Source: Flavobacteriaceae bacterium
GTDB lineage: Bacteria; Bacteroidota; Bacteroidia; Flavobacteriales; Flavobacteriaceae
NCBI GenBank assembly: GCA_965660845.1
Contig: CBFIBH010000002.1
Location: 290,631 to 354,630 of the forward strand
Reading direction: 5' to 3'
Length of the DNA stretch: 64,000 nucleotides
Under the pieces are notes generated by a model. That model did not search any database and had not been told where the DNA came from. It was given only the letters and a program-made list of their open reading frames with translations. The position numbers and the translations under genes were made by a program. This document shows, piece after piece, positions 47,750 to 57,814 of the stretch (the first letter of the stretch is position 1; the number at the start of each line of letters is the position of its first letter).

Positions 47750-48982
47750 TTAATCTGCGCTTAAGGCTTCTACGGGTTTAATTTTTGCTGCTTTTCTAGC
47801 TGGAACCAATGCTGCCATCAATCCTGCTAGTATCAATACTATTGTAGCTCCGATAACTAAGCCACCACTTACACTAGGGTCTTTTATAAAATAATCTTCT
47901 TCCAAACTATTACCAATAGCTCCTAATATGTAAGTTCCTAAAGTAAGTCCTAAATATCCTGCTATTGTTGTTATGAGTACAGATTCTTGAACTACCATTC
48001 CTACAATAGAAGAAGGTGTAGCTCCTAGAGCTTTACGAATTCCAAATTCTTTTGTTCTTTCTTTGATCACAAAAATCATGATATTACTAATACCAATTAT
48101 ACCTGCGATTAGAGTTCCTGAACCGATAAATATGACTAGAAATCCTAGTGCGAACATAAAAATTCCAACTCCCTTATTTGCCTCTGCCATATTTCTAACA
48201 AATAGAGCATTTTGATCGTCCGGGTGAATATCTAGTTGTTTTTTTAAATCTCTTTCCATACGATTTCCAAAAGCTATCGCTTCATCTAAACTCAATTTAG
48301 GATTGTACCCAATATTAATCTCGTTTATATAATCATTATTTCCATACAATTTTTGAGCTGTAGTTACTGGAATATAAGAGAGTCTTTCTTCATTATCTCC
48401 ACCATCATCAGAAAAAATACCAATAACTTTGTATGAAATACCGTTCACATTTAAACGTTTACCTAATGCTGGTTTTTCTCCAAATAAATCTGCTTTTACT
48501 AATCGTCCAATCACAATTACTTTTGATTCTTGATTGATATCTAATTCGTTTATATATCGACCTTCATTCATGATCGTTTTCTCCAAAAATTGGTGATCTG
48601 GATGAGCAGCTATTAAATTGTAATTATCTTGTTTATTTTTATGTGAAATACTGAAATTCTTATAAATACGAGCGGTCATAAATTCTATTTTATCCTCGTA
48701 TTTTTCAGCTACATAATCGTAGTCTTTATTTTTTAATTGAATTCTTCTTCCAGATTGTAACCCTTTATAGGGTTTACTAGTTTTCCAAACTCTAACAAAA
48801 ACAGAGTTGGCTGCATCATCAATAAAAGCAACAGCAAATGTGTTTTCTAGTCCATTGACAATACCAAACAATAATGTAAACAACAGAATTGCGAAGGCAA
48901 CCGTAAAACCAGACATTACAGAACGTAGTTTGTTCTTATTAATACTTTGAAATATTTCTCTCCAACGGTCTAAGTCAAACAT
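47750..48982 (-). CDS. ABC transporter permease (MacB/FtsX family)
   Basis: ERTKEFGIRKALGA, IKPVEALSAD. Confidence 0.92.
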   Translation of the reverse strand: MFDLDRWREIFQSINKNKLRSVMSGFTVAFAILLFTLLFGIVNGLENTFAVAFIDDAANSVFVRVWKTSKPYKGLQSGRRIQLKNKDYDYVAEKYEDKIEFMTARIYKNFSISHKNKQDNYNLIAAHPDHQFLEKTIMNEGRYINELDINQESKVIVIGRLVKADLFGEKPALGKRLNVNGISYKVIGIFSDDGGDNEERLSYIPVTTAQKLYGNNDYINEINIGYNPKLSLDEAIAFGNRMERDLKKQLDIHPDDQNALFVRNMAEANKGVGIFMFALGFLVIFIGSGTLIAGIIGISNIMIFVIKERTKEFGIRKALGATPSSIVGMVVQESVLITTIAGYLGLTLGTYILGAIGNSLEEDYFIKDPSVSGGLVIGATIVLILAGLMAALVPARKAAKIKPVEALSAD

Positions 48983-48984
48983 AA

Positions 48985-49689
48985 TTAAACTAAAGTTGAA
49001 TTTTCTTTAATAGCAGCATTAGATGTATCACTAATAATGATTCCATCTTTTAATCTCACAACTCTTTTGGTTTGAGCTGCTACTTCTTCTTCGTGAGTAA
49101 TTACAAAGACAGTCATACCTTCATTATTAATATCTTTTAAAAGATCCATCACAGAATCTGTGGTAGTTGAATCTAACGCTCCTGTTGGCTCATCTGCTAA
49201 AACAACTTTTGGTTTTGTTACCAAAGCTCTTGCAATAGCTACACGTTGTTTTTGTCCACCAGACAATTCATTTGGCAAGTGATTTGCCCAATCTTTTAAT
49301 CCAACTTTTTCTAGATAATCTAAAGCAATTTTAGAACGTTCTTTCCTGCTAACTCCTTGATAATATAAAGGCAGAGAAACATTTTCTAAAGCTGTTTTGT
49401 AGGATATTAAATTAAACGATTGAAATACAAATCCTAAAAATTTGTTACGTAAAACAGCTGCTTTGGTTTCATTTAAATTATGTATCAATTGATCATTCAA
49501 ATAATAATTTCCTTCATCATGCACGTCTAACAAACCTACTATATTTAATAAGGTAGATTTCCCAGAACCAGAAGATCCCATAATGGAAACAAATTCTCCT
49601 TCTTCTATTAATAAGTCAATACCTTTTAAAACATGTAAAGAATCGTCACCCATAGGGTAAGATTTGTGAAGTTTCTCTATTCGAATCAT
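48985..49689 (-). CDS. ABC transporter ATP-binding protein (MacB/LolD type)
   Basis: GSSGSGKST, LSGGQKQR, LADEPTG. Confidence 0.95.
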   Translation of the reverse strand: MIRIEKLHKSYPMGDDSLHVLKGIDLLIEEGEFVSIMGSSGSGKSTLLNIVGLLDVHDEGNYYLNDQLIHNLNETKAAVLRNKFLGFVFQSFNLISYKTALENVSLPLYYQGVSRKERSKIALDYLEKVGLKDWANHLPNELSGGQKQRVAIARALVTKPKVVLADEPTGALDSTTTDSVMDLLKDINNEGMTVFVITHEEEVAAQTKRVVRLKDGIIISDTSNAAIKENSTLV

Positions 49690-49795
49690 CGTGTTGGTTA
49701 ATTTAATTTTTTCAAAAGTAGCTAATCAAAATATCCTCGATTATTAATTGTATGTTAAAAGAATGACAATTCTTGATAAGCAATTACGAACATAA

Positions 49796-49821
49796 GACGT
49801 CTCTGTTTTTATATTGTTACA
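49796..49821 (-). promoter_or_regulatory. Candidate ECF-sigma promoter of the ABC/MFP operon
   Basis: Minus strand TGTAAC-N16-CGTC, about 105 nt upstream of the ATG. Confidence 0.55.
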
Positions 49822-49869
49822 CGTTTTTTGTTTTTTTATGTGATATCTTTGTAAAAGATTCATTTTTTT

Positions 49870-50289
49870 ATGGAAATTCAGATAGAGAAAGGCAAAAAAA
49901 TTATTCTTTTTGATGGTGTTTGCAACCTGTGTAACTCATCTGTTAACAAACTGATTAAGTGGGATAAAAAAGATATTTTTTTATTTGCTTCACTTCAATC
50001 TGATTATGGACAAAAATTAATCTCCAATCTAAATATAGATACTTCAGAAATTGATTCCATTATTTTGTATGAACCAGGAGTTTCTTATGATATAAAGTCT
50101 ACAGCCATTTTAAAAATTACAAATACATTAGGTGGTTTCTGGAAATTGATGTCTGTCTTTTTTATTCTACCAGCTGGTTTTCGAAATATCATCTATGATT
50201 TCATTGCTAGAAATAGATACAAATGGTACGGAAAAAAAGAAAGCTGTATGATTCCGACTCCAGAACTAAAAGCAAAGTTTTTAGATTGA
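49870..50289 (+). CDS. DCC1-like thiol-disulfide oxidoreductase (DUF393)
   Basis: LFDGVCNLCN, YDFIARNRYKWYG. Confidence 0.92.
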   Translation: MEIQIEKGKKIILFDGVCNLCNSSVNKLIKWDKKDIFLFASLQSDYGQKLISNLNIDTSEIDSIILYEPGVSYDIKSTAILKITNTLGGFWKLMSVFFILPAGFRNIIYDFIARNRYKWYGKKESCMIPTPELKAKFLD

Positions 50290-50951
50290 TGAAATTTCCT
50301 ACCCAAGTTAACTGTGTTATTTTTGACATGGATGGAGTCATTATAGATTCTGAAGAATTACATAAAAGAGCGTATTACGAAACATTTCACTCCATCGGTG
50401 TTACTGTTTCTGGTGAACTCTATAAAACTTTAACAGGCTCTTCAACAGTGAATGCCTTTCAAAAATTGGTTACACATTTTGAATTAGATTTGAATCCCGA
50501 ACAGTTGGTTTTACAAAAAAGAAAACGATATGTAGAGTTTTTTGAAAATGACCCTAATTTGCAATTGGTTCAAGATGTTGAAGATTTAATTCAATATTTA
50601 TACAACAAAAAAATCACATTGGTTTTAGCCTCTTCTTCGGCGATGGTGAACATCAATCGTGTTTTTGATCGTTTTAATTTGCATAAATATTTTACCGCTA
50701 AAATTAGTGGAGCCGATTTAAAAGCATCCAAACCCAATCCTGAAATTTTTGAAAAAGCGGCAGTTTTAGGAAACACATCTAAAAAACATTGTCTGGTGAT
50801 TGAAGATTCTGATAATGGAGTAAAAGCTGCCAACGATGCAGGTATTTATGTTGTAGGATATCACAACCCTTTAGCTGATGACCAAACGTTAGAAAATGCT
50901 AATTATAGAATTCGTAATTTTATGGAATTAAAAGAATTATTGGAAAACTAA
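50289..50951 (+). CDS. HAD-family phosphatase (beta-PGM-like)
   Basis: FDMDGVIIDSE, LASSS, SKPNPEIF, IEDSDNG; ATG at 50289. Confidence 0.9.
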   Translation: MKFPTQVNCVIFDMDGVIIDSEELHKRAYYETFHSIGVTVSGELYKTLTGSSTVNAFQKLVTHFELDLNPEQLVLQKRKRYVEFFENDPNLQLVQDVEDLIQYLYNKKITLVLASSSAMVNINRVFDRFNLHKYFTAKISGADLKASKPNPEIFEKAAVLGNTSKKHCLVIEDSDNGVKAANDAGIYVVGYHNPLADDQTLENANYRIRNFMELKELLEN

Positions 50952-50983
50952 AATTGAACTCATTAACACATAATTGCTAAAAA

Positions 50984-51451
50984 ATGAAACTCTCGGAAAT
51001 TAAAGACATTTTAAGACAACAAAATACCATCTCCTTTGAATTGCCTAATGGTGATTTAGTTCCCAATCACTTTCATGTAACTGAAGTAGGAAAAATTACC
51101 AAACATTTTATAGACTGTGGTGGAACTGTTAGAAGTGAAGAAGTTGTTAATTTTCAACTTTGGAATGCTGATGATTATGATCACCGTTTACACCCAGAAA
51201 AGTTGATAAATATTATTGAGCTTTCTGAAAAAATCTTAGGAATTGAAGATTTAGAAATTGAAGTAGAATACCAAGCAGAAACGATTGGAAAATTTGGTCT
51301 TGAGTTTAATGGAACTCATTTCTTACTAACCACAAAACAAACAGATTGTTTAGCTAAAGACAATTGTGGCATTCCGGCACAAAAACCGAAAATGAAACTC
51401 TCAGAATTGCAAGCATCTAACCTATGCCAACCTGGGAGTGGTTGTTGCTAA
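50984..51451 (+). CDS. DUF6428-like protein with Cys-rich C-terminus
   Basis: VPNHFHVTEVG, FIDCGG, FQLW, VEYQ, C-terminal CQPGSGCC. Confidence 0.72.
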   Translation: MKLSEIKDILRQQNTISFELPNGDLVPNHFHVTEVGKITKHFIDCGGTVRSEEVVNFQLWNADDYDHRLHPEKLINIIELSEKILGIEDLEIEVEYQAETIGKFGLEFNGTHFLLTTKQTDCLAKDNCGIPAQKPKMKLSELQASNLCQPGSGCC

Positions 51452-51469
51452 TTTGGATTATAAAAACTT

Positions 51470-52630
51470 CTATTTCAAATTTTCTAAAATAAAATCTACT
51501 GTTTTGTTTTTATTGTTGTTCACAGCATAAGAGTCTGTTATATGATTGGAATTGACAGCGTATTTTTTATCTATCATATATTTAATATCGTTAACAAACT
51601 CTAAAGAAACCTTACCTGTAAGTAATAAGCTTAAGTTTTTACCTTCTTTATGATGGTAATCGTAAATTTTCTTTAAGCCAGTTAAATACAAATAATCTTT
51701 AGTAAAACCTCCTCCTCTATGTGCTCTTACAGCTACATAAAATGCTTGTTCTCTGTCTAAATCATAGGCATTATGTAAGAGTCTAAAGGTTCTAGAAAAC
51801 GAGTATCCTTTGGCCAAACTATCCACAGCAATCACTCTATATGCTAATTCTTTTAAACGCTTTATCGTTAAGTTTCCTGACATATACTCACTATAAACAG
51901 CCAAACCTTCTTGTGTTTCTTCGTTGTTTGGAAAACCATGAGAAAATATTTTTAACGGATGTAAAACTCCGTTCATGGTGGTGACCATATGCACACCAAT
52001 TTCGTGATTGGTTAAAATATTTATTTGATTTTCAGAAAATGTGTGATTTTCATTCAGCACCAACGATTTTATGGAGTTAGAAACCATTGCAATCGCTCCC
52101 ATTGTTTTGGAATATTTAATTTCATAGCTGAAATCGTAATTTTTAGAATATTCTCTAAAAAATTGCTCTGATTCTTTTGCTGAATATTTAGGCTGAAAGA
52201 TATCAGAATTTTCATCTTCACTTTCAAAATGCAATATAAACTTTGCATTCTCTACATCTTGTTCAGTTGGTGTTCCGAAAGAACGTAAACTGTTGTAATA
52301 GAAACGTTTTCCTTTCCCTACAGTTTCTATACATTGAATCAAGCCTGAATAGAAATAGATAATATCTTCATAAAAATCTCGTAGAACGTCGTCTTCTATT
52401 TTGCTAATAGACAACTTGAAGAATTCTTTATGAAGATTGAATTTATCAAAGTCTCTTTTAGGATATTTAAAAAGAGGATCTGTCAAATATTTAGAATTAA
52501 AGAACTTCTCCTTTTCAGATTCTATATTCACAGGATTCACATAATTTAAAAGCTCGATTTTTTTTACAAGCTCGTCAATTTGTGCATCAATTTCAAAAAG
52601 GATTTTATTCTTAACAGAAGTTGGTTTCAT
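51470..52630 (-). CDS. QEGLA-motif metallopeptidase (DUF1704/MATCAP-like)
   Basis: HEIGVH (HExxxH), TQEGLA, RGGGFTKDYLY. Confidence 0.88.
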   Translation of the reverse strand: MKPTSVKNKILFEIDAQIDELVKKIELLNYVNPVNIESEKEKFFNSKYLTDPLFKYPKRDFDKFNLHKEFFKLSISKIEDDVLRDFYEDIIYFYSGLIQCIETVGKGKRFYYNSLRSFGTPTEQDVENAKFILHFESEDENSDIFQPKYSAKESEQFFREYSKNYDFSYEIKYSKTMGAIAMVSNSIKSLVLNENHTFSENQINILTNHEIGVHMVTTMNGVLHPLKIFSHGFPNNEETQEGLAVYSEYMSGNLTIKRLKELAYRVIAVDSLAKGYSFSRTFRLLHNAYDLDREQAFYVAVRAHRGGGFTKDYLYLTGLKKIYDYHHKEGKNLSLLLTGKVSLEFVNDIKYMIDKKYAVNSNHITDSYAVNNNKNKTVDFILENLK

Positions 52631-52663
52631 TATAATTCTAAATCAAAAAAAGGAGAGGCAAAT

Positions 52664-53494
52664 TTAAACTTTATGCTTGGTATAAAAAGCTTCTGCGTGT
52701 TTTTTTAATTCCTTTTTTAGATAATTTTCTACAGCAAACACAACCTCTGGATACATGATTTGTTTTAGTTCATCACAATACACTTTTGCAATTTCTGTAG
52801 CCAAAACCAAAGTATTATTAAAATTCTGAGTGATAAACTTTAAAAAGTATCCATTTCCTTGAAAGGTGTCGTTCACTTTTGCTGTTTGCGGAATTCCATT
52901 AGGTAAAGACATCTTTTCTAATGAATGTCTCCAAGTTTCAATTTCAAACTCAAATCGTTCTTGATCAATATTTGATGTTCCTAAGTTCCAAGTAGGAACT
53001 TCTCTTGTCCATCGTTTCCAATTGTATGAATGCATATCATAGATAATACAAACTCCAAACTTTTCTTCTAGCTTAGAAATTAACGCATGTACAACTTTGT
53101 AAAAATTATGGTGTTTGGAAAGGCTCTTATCTTTCATTTCTTCTGATAAAGGATTCTGCCAGAGTTTTTTACCCCAAGCATCTTCGTAGATGGCAGAATC
53201 TGGAGCTCTGTTTAAATCGTATTCAAAACGAGAATCTAAACCAGCAATAACAATTGGATGTGTTTGCACCATTTCTTTTGTTGCAGGATCTTCTTCATAC
53301 CACCGTTCATATTCGGTATGCATACAATTGCTCCACAACTCTTGTCTAAATTGATGTCCGTCATGAACAGCTCCACATGCATAATGAACGTATTCTTCTA
53401 TTTTTAACGTAAAAGAATAATCTTGAGATACTGCATGAAACACTTCTTGATTATTAATTTTTTGAATGATTTGCTCTACAGATAATCTTTCCAT
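52664..53494 (-). CDS. N-formylglutamate amidohydrolase family protein
   Basis: AVHDGH, RWYEEDP, SRFEYDLNR, YDMHS; probable ATG 53494. Confidence 0.85.
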   Translation of the reverse strand: MERLSVEQIIQKINNQEVFHAVSQDYSFTLKIEEYVHYACGAVHDGHQFRQELWSNCMHTEYERWYEEDPATKEMVQTHPIVIAGLDSRFEYDLNRAPDSAIYEDAWGKKLWQNPLSEEMKDKSLSKHHNFYKVVHALISKLEEKFGVCIIYDMHSYNWKRWTREVPTWNLGTSNIDQERFEFEIETWRHSLEKMSLPNGIPQTAKVNDTFQGNGYFLKFITQNFNNTLVLATEIAKVYCDELKQIMYPEVVFAVENYLKKELKKHAEAFYTKHKV

Positions 53495-53495
53495 A

Positions 53496-54530
53496 TTAAG
53501 CATCATCAACCATTTTTTTGAGATCTGTTTTTCTTTGAAAAGCAGCATTTCTTTCTAAAACTTTGCTTTCCATAAAATCAACAACTTTTTCTTGAATTTT
53601 TGTTTTATATACTTTATTCATGTATGTAATTCCACCTGGACTCATCACATTGACTTCTACAAGTTTTCCACCAATTACATCAATACCAACAAAATATAGT
53701 CCGTCATTCATTAATCTTGGACCTATTTTGGCGCATAACTTCTTCTCTTCTGGAGTTAATTTATGCCTACTTACCGTTCCTCCTGCAGATACATTAGATC
53801 GATGATCTTTTTCACCTGGAATTCTTCTCATAGCACCAATTGGAACACCATTTAAAATTAAAATTCGAACATCTCCTTGATCTGCACCTTCAATATATTC
53901 TTGAAGGATTACATAATCTGAAGAACCATCCTTTTTATGAATGTAAAAATCTAACAAAGAGTTGATATTTCCCATCGCAGATTTTTCAATTAAAATGACA
54001 CCTGATCCACCAAAACCATCTAGTGGTTTTAAAATCATTTTATCAGAATCAGATTCTTCTATTACCTGAATTAAATAATTTTTATTCTTTGATACATGTG
54101 TAACAGGAATAATCTCATTATTTGGATCTTCAAAAACAGCTGTGTATAATTTATTGTTTGCTTCTCTCATTCCTCTTACTGAATTGATGATAAAAACATC
54201 ATCCTTTACCGAGTCTAAAAAGTTTAACATCAAAGGATCTAAAGGTGGTTCTGCTCTCATAAAAATCACATCAAAACCAGCTAAAGGAAGCATTTCTTCT
54301 CTTGTTGTAGTTTTTTTATAAAATGATTTTATACTCGTTGGAACTTTTTCGTGTCTATTTAAAAGAGTACAAAAAGCACTGGTAACACTGTTTCTAATGG
54401 TTAAATTTGAAGGTGTACAAATTGCAACTCCATGACCTCTTTTGGCACATTCATGAATTAAGGTTAGTGAAGTATCATTTTCTGGAGATTTTATATTTTC
54501 CCACGGATACATTAAAAAGCAAACATTCAT
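53496..54530 (-). CDS. Glutathione synthetase (GshB)-like ATP-grasp ligase
   Basis: FMRAEPP, ANNKLY, LKPLDGFGGSGV, GDVRILILNG, RSNVSAGG, GIDVIG..EVNVMSP. Confidence 0.85.
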   Translation of the reverse strand: MNVCFLMYPWENIKSPENDTSLTLIHECAKRGHGVAICTPSNLTIRNSVTSAFCTLLNRHEKVPTSIKSFYKKTTTREEMLPLAGFDVIFMRAEPPLDPLMLNFLDSVKDDVFIINSVRGMREANNKLYTAVFEDPNNEIIPVTHVSKNKNYLIQVIEESDSDKMILKPLDGFGGSGVILIEKSAMGNINSLLDFYIHKKDGSSDYVILQEYIEGADQGDVRILILNGVPIGAMRRIPGEKDHRSNVSAGGTVSRHKLTPEEKKLCAKIGPRLMNDGLYFVGIDVIGGKLVEVNVMSPGGITYMNKVYKTKIQEKVVDFMESKVLERNAAFQRKTDLKKMVDDA

Positions 54531-54542
54531 AATCTTATAATT

Positions 54543-55871
54543 TTATTTTCCTTTTACATTTTCGTAATTATCATCCCAGTTTTTGGGTTTAGGGTCGTGT
54601 AACTTATCTAAAGACTTTGCAACCATCATAGAAACTGTTGCGTCTCCGGTAACATTCACTACTGTTCTACACATGTCTAAAGGTCTATCAACTGCAAAGA
54701 TAAGAGCTATTCCTATAGGCAACAATTCTGCTGGAAAACCAATTGTTTCCAATACAATAACTAACATAACTATTCCAGCACTAGGTACTGCAGCACTTCC
54801 AATAGATGCCAACACAGATGTACCTACAATAACTAATTGATTGGTAAACGTTAATCCTTCTGGCCAAAGAACTTGCATAATAAAAACAGCTGCAATTCCT
54901 TGATACAAACTTGTTCCATCCATATTAACTGTTGCTCCTACTGGCAATACAAAACCTGAAACTTCTTTGTCAACTCCTAAATGTTCTTCAACTCTTTCCA
55001 TAGTTACTGGTAAAGTAGCAGCACTGGAGCTCGTTGAAAACGCTAATAATTGTGCTGGACTTATTTGTTTTAAAAACCATAATGGCGACTTTTTTACAAA
55101 AATACTTACAAGAAGAAGATAGAATCCTATCAATAAAACAAGACCTCCAAAAACACAAACTGCATACCATAAAAGCTTGACTAAAATTTCTGAATCATCA
55201 AATGATATGATAACATTTGCTAATAATGCAAAAACAGCATAGGGAGCAAATAACATTATCAAATCAACCATTTTCATGACCACTTCATTGAGTGAATCAA
55301 AGAAACTCATCAGTGGTTTTGCCTTTTTTTCTTCAATAAGAAGCAGACAAATACCCACAAATAAAGCAAAGAATATAACCTGTAGCATTGAAGCATCCGT
55401 TAAAGATTTAAAAATATTACTAGGAAAAATATCTACCAGAGGTTGTAAAGGTCCTGCATCTTGTTGAGCACTTGCTTTTTGTAATTTATCTGTAACTCCT
55501 GCATCATTAGCGTATTTTAGTTTAATTTTTTCAATAGTGTCTGCTGGCATACCATTTCCTGGTTTTATAGTATTTACAATACTTAAACCTATAATAACAG
55601 CAACCAAAGTAGTAATCATGTAAATAACTATGGTTCGTAACCCCATTGATTTAATTTTAGAAATATCTTTTAAATCTGATATTCCTTTAATTAAAGACGC
55701 TAAGATTAATGGTACAGCAATTAACTTTAAAAGATTGATGAATATTTTTCCGAATGGAGCAATCCAATCTGTGACAAATTGTTGACCATCAGAAGAATTC
55801 ATAATAAAACCAAAAATGATTCCTAAAACCATTCCGATAATAATTTTCCAATGCAATGCTAGTTTTTTCAT
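54543..55871 (-). CDS. Dicarboxylate/amino acid:cation symporter (DAACS, GltP-like)
   Basis: FSTSSSAATLP, GATVNMDGT, SIGSAAVP. Confidence 0.93.
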   Translation of the reverse strand: MKKLALHWKIIIGMVLGIIFGFIMNSSDGQQFVTDWIAPFGKIFINLLKLIAVPLILASLIKGISDLKDISKIKSMGLRTIVIYMITTLVAVIIGLSIVNTIKPGNGMPADTIEKIKLKYANDAGVTDKLQKASAQQDAGPLQPLVDIFPSNIFKSLTDASMLQVIFFALFVGICLLLIEEKKAKPLMSFFDSLNEVVMKMVDLIMLFAPYAVFALLANVIISFDDSEILVKLLWYAVCVFGGLVLLIGFYLLLVSIFVKKSPLWFLKQISPAQLLAFSTSSSAATLPVTMERVEEHLGVDKEVSGFVLPVGATVNMDGTSLYQGIAAVFIMQVLWPEGLTFTNQLVIVGTSVLASIGSAAVPSAGIVMLVIVLETIGFPAELLPIGIALIFAVDRPLDMCRTVVNVTGDATVSMMVAKSLDKLHDPKPKNWDDNYENVKGK

Positions 55872-55978
55872 TCAGTTTGTTTCAAATTTTCTGGTCTGAA
55901 AGGTAAAAAAAAATCTCCTAGTTTATCCTTATTAATTTGGAAGAAAGTTCTTTAAATTTGCTGCTTGAAATGAATTGA

Positions 55979-56290
55979 ATGGATAAACTAAAAGAACGCT
56001 GGGGTATTACATCCAATGTTCAGATTTTTTTAATCTTGTTAGTCTTTGCTATCAATGGATCTTTCGCTGCTTGGGTAGCAAATCCTGTTACAGAATTTAT
56101 AGGTATAAATAGGGAAACTACAAATGGATTTATATATTGGCCTTTACGTATATTGTTGATATTTCCTATTTATCAATTAACTCTCCCCATTGTTGGTTTT
56201 GTATTTGGTCAGTTTAAATTCTTTTGGAATTTTGAAAAGAAGTTTTTAGCTAGATTAGGTTTAGGGTTTTTGTTTAAATCAAAAGATTAG
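55979..56290 (+). CDS. DUF6787-like small membrane protein
   Basis: LKERWGI..VFAINGS..FGQFKFFWNFEKK. Confidence 0.72.
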   Translation: MDKLKERWGITSNVQIFLILLVFAINGSFAAWVANPVTEFIGINRETTNGFIYWPLRILLIFPIYQLTLPIVGFVFGQFKFFWNFEKKFLARLGLGFLFKSKD

Positions 56291-56294
56291 TTGC

Positions 56295-56933
56295 ATGAAA
56301 TTTGATGAATTTCTATCTTCTGTTGATTTATTGCGAACCATTCCATTAGGTGGCCAAAAAGCTCAATTTAAATTAGCTCCAGCTTTACGATTGGATTATG
56401 ATGAGATTAAGATTCATGCCAATCAACCTAAAAGAGCTGCAGTTTTAAGTCTTTTTTACCCAAACAAAGAGAATGATACTTGTATTTTACTAACAGAAAG
56501 AGCTAGTTACAAAGGCACTCACTCTGCACAGATAAGCTTTCCTGGTGGAAAAATTGACTCGACAGATTCAAATCTTGAAGAAACTGCTTTGAGAGAGACT
56601 TTTGAAGAAATTGGAGTTAGAGGAGAAAGCATTCATATTGTGAGAGAAATTACAGATGTTTACATTCCTCCTAGTAATTTTTTAGCAACACCTTTTTTAG
56701 CATATTCAACCGTAAAACCAAACTTTATTACCAATTACGAAGTAGAACAAACTATAGAAATTAAAGTTTCAGATTTATTAGATGATACTAATATTTCTGA
56801 AGTTTTAATGAACACTTCTTACATGGATAATTATCCTGTACCCTGCTTTAAATTAAACAATTATATTGTTTGGGGTGCAACAGGTATGGTGTTAAGTGAA
56901 ATCAAAGAAATGTTTAAGCAACTTTCTTTCTGA
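56295..56933 (+). CDS. Nudix CoA pyrophosphatase
   Basis: QISFPGGK..LEETALRETFEEIG Nudix box, VWGATG. Confidence 0.9.
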   Translation: MKFDEFLSSVDLLRTIPLGGQKAQFKLAPALRLDYDEIKIHANQPKRAAVLSLFYPNKENDTCILLTERASYKGTHSAQISFPGGKIDSTDSNLEETALRETFEEIGVRGESIHIVREITDVYIPPSNFLATPFLAYSTVKPNFITNYEVEQTIEIKVSDLLDDTNISEVLMNTSYMDNYPVPCFKLNNYIVWGATGMVLSEIKEMFKQLSF

Positions 56934-56968
56934 GAGTTTTGTAAATTAGCCGCTCTAGTAGACCAACT

Positions 56969-57778
56969 ATGCCATTATTTAAAAGAAATCCATTTGGACA
57001 TATATTATTAGTAAAGAAATGGTTAATCCGGATTTTAGGAGCTATTTCTCATGGTAGATATAGAAGTTTTAACAACCTTCATATAGAAGGTTCAGAGATT
57101 ATTAGACAATTACCTGAAAGAAAAGTGTTGTTTATTTCTAATCATCAAACCTATTTTGCTGATGTAGCTGCAATGCTTCATGTTTTTAATGCAGCTTTAA
57201 AAGGAAGAGATGATAATATTAAAAATGTTGGCTACTTATGGCAACCAAAACTTAATATCTATTACATAGCTGCTGGAGAAACAATGCGATCTGGGTTTTT
57301 ACCCAAAGTATTTGCTTATACAGGTTCTATTTCTATTGATAGAACTTGGAGAAGTGCCGGTGAAAATGTGAATCGTCAGGTAAAAATGTCTGATATTTCT
57401 AATATTGGAACCGCACTAGATGACGGTTGGGTCATTACATTTCCACAAGGAACTACAACTCCTTTTAAACCGATTCGTAGAGGAACAGCTCACATTATAA
57501 AAACCTACAAACCTATCGTAATACCAATTGTAATAGATGGTTTTAGACGTTCTTTTGATAAAAAAGGTTTGATGATTAAAAAAAGAAATGTTTTACAATC
57601 TATGGTTATTAAACAACCCTTAGAGATAGATTATGATAATGAATCTATTGATGAGATTGTGACTAAGATTGAATATGCTATTGAACAGCATTCTTCCTTT
57701 TTAAAGGTTCATACTCCAGAAGAGTATGCTAAAATTGAAGAAGAATTAAATAAAAAAAGAGAGTTCTGGAATTTGTAA
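56969..57778 (+). CDS. Lysophospholipid (1-acyl-sn-G3P-type) acyltransferase
   Basis: SNHQTYFAD (HxxxxD), TFPQGT. Confidence 0.88.
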   Translation: MPLFKRNPFGHILLVKKWLIRILGAISHGRYRSFNNLHIEGSEIIRQLPERKVLFISNHQTYFADVAAMLHVFNAALKGRDDNIKNVGYLWQPKLNIYYIAAGETMRSGFLPKVFAYTGSISIDRTWRSAGENVNRQVKMSDISNIGTALDDGWVITFPQGTTTPFKPIRRGTAHIIKTYKPIVIPIVIDGFRRSFDKKGLMIKKRNVLQSMVIKQPLEIDYDNESIDEIVTKIEYAIEQHSSFLKVHTPEEYAKIEEELNKKREFWNL

Positions 57779-57814
57779 AACCCAAAACTCCCATTACTAT
57801 CAAAAACATATTCA

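Noticed and set aside
49730-49760. TATGTTAAAA resembling the XerD arm of a dif site
   Set aside because: No recognisable XerC arm at the proper spacing; AT-rich chance match
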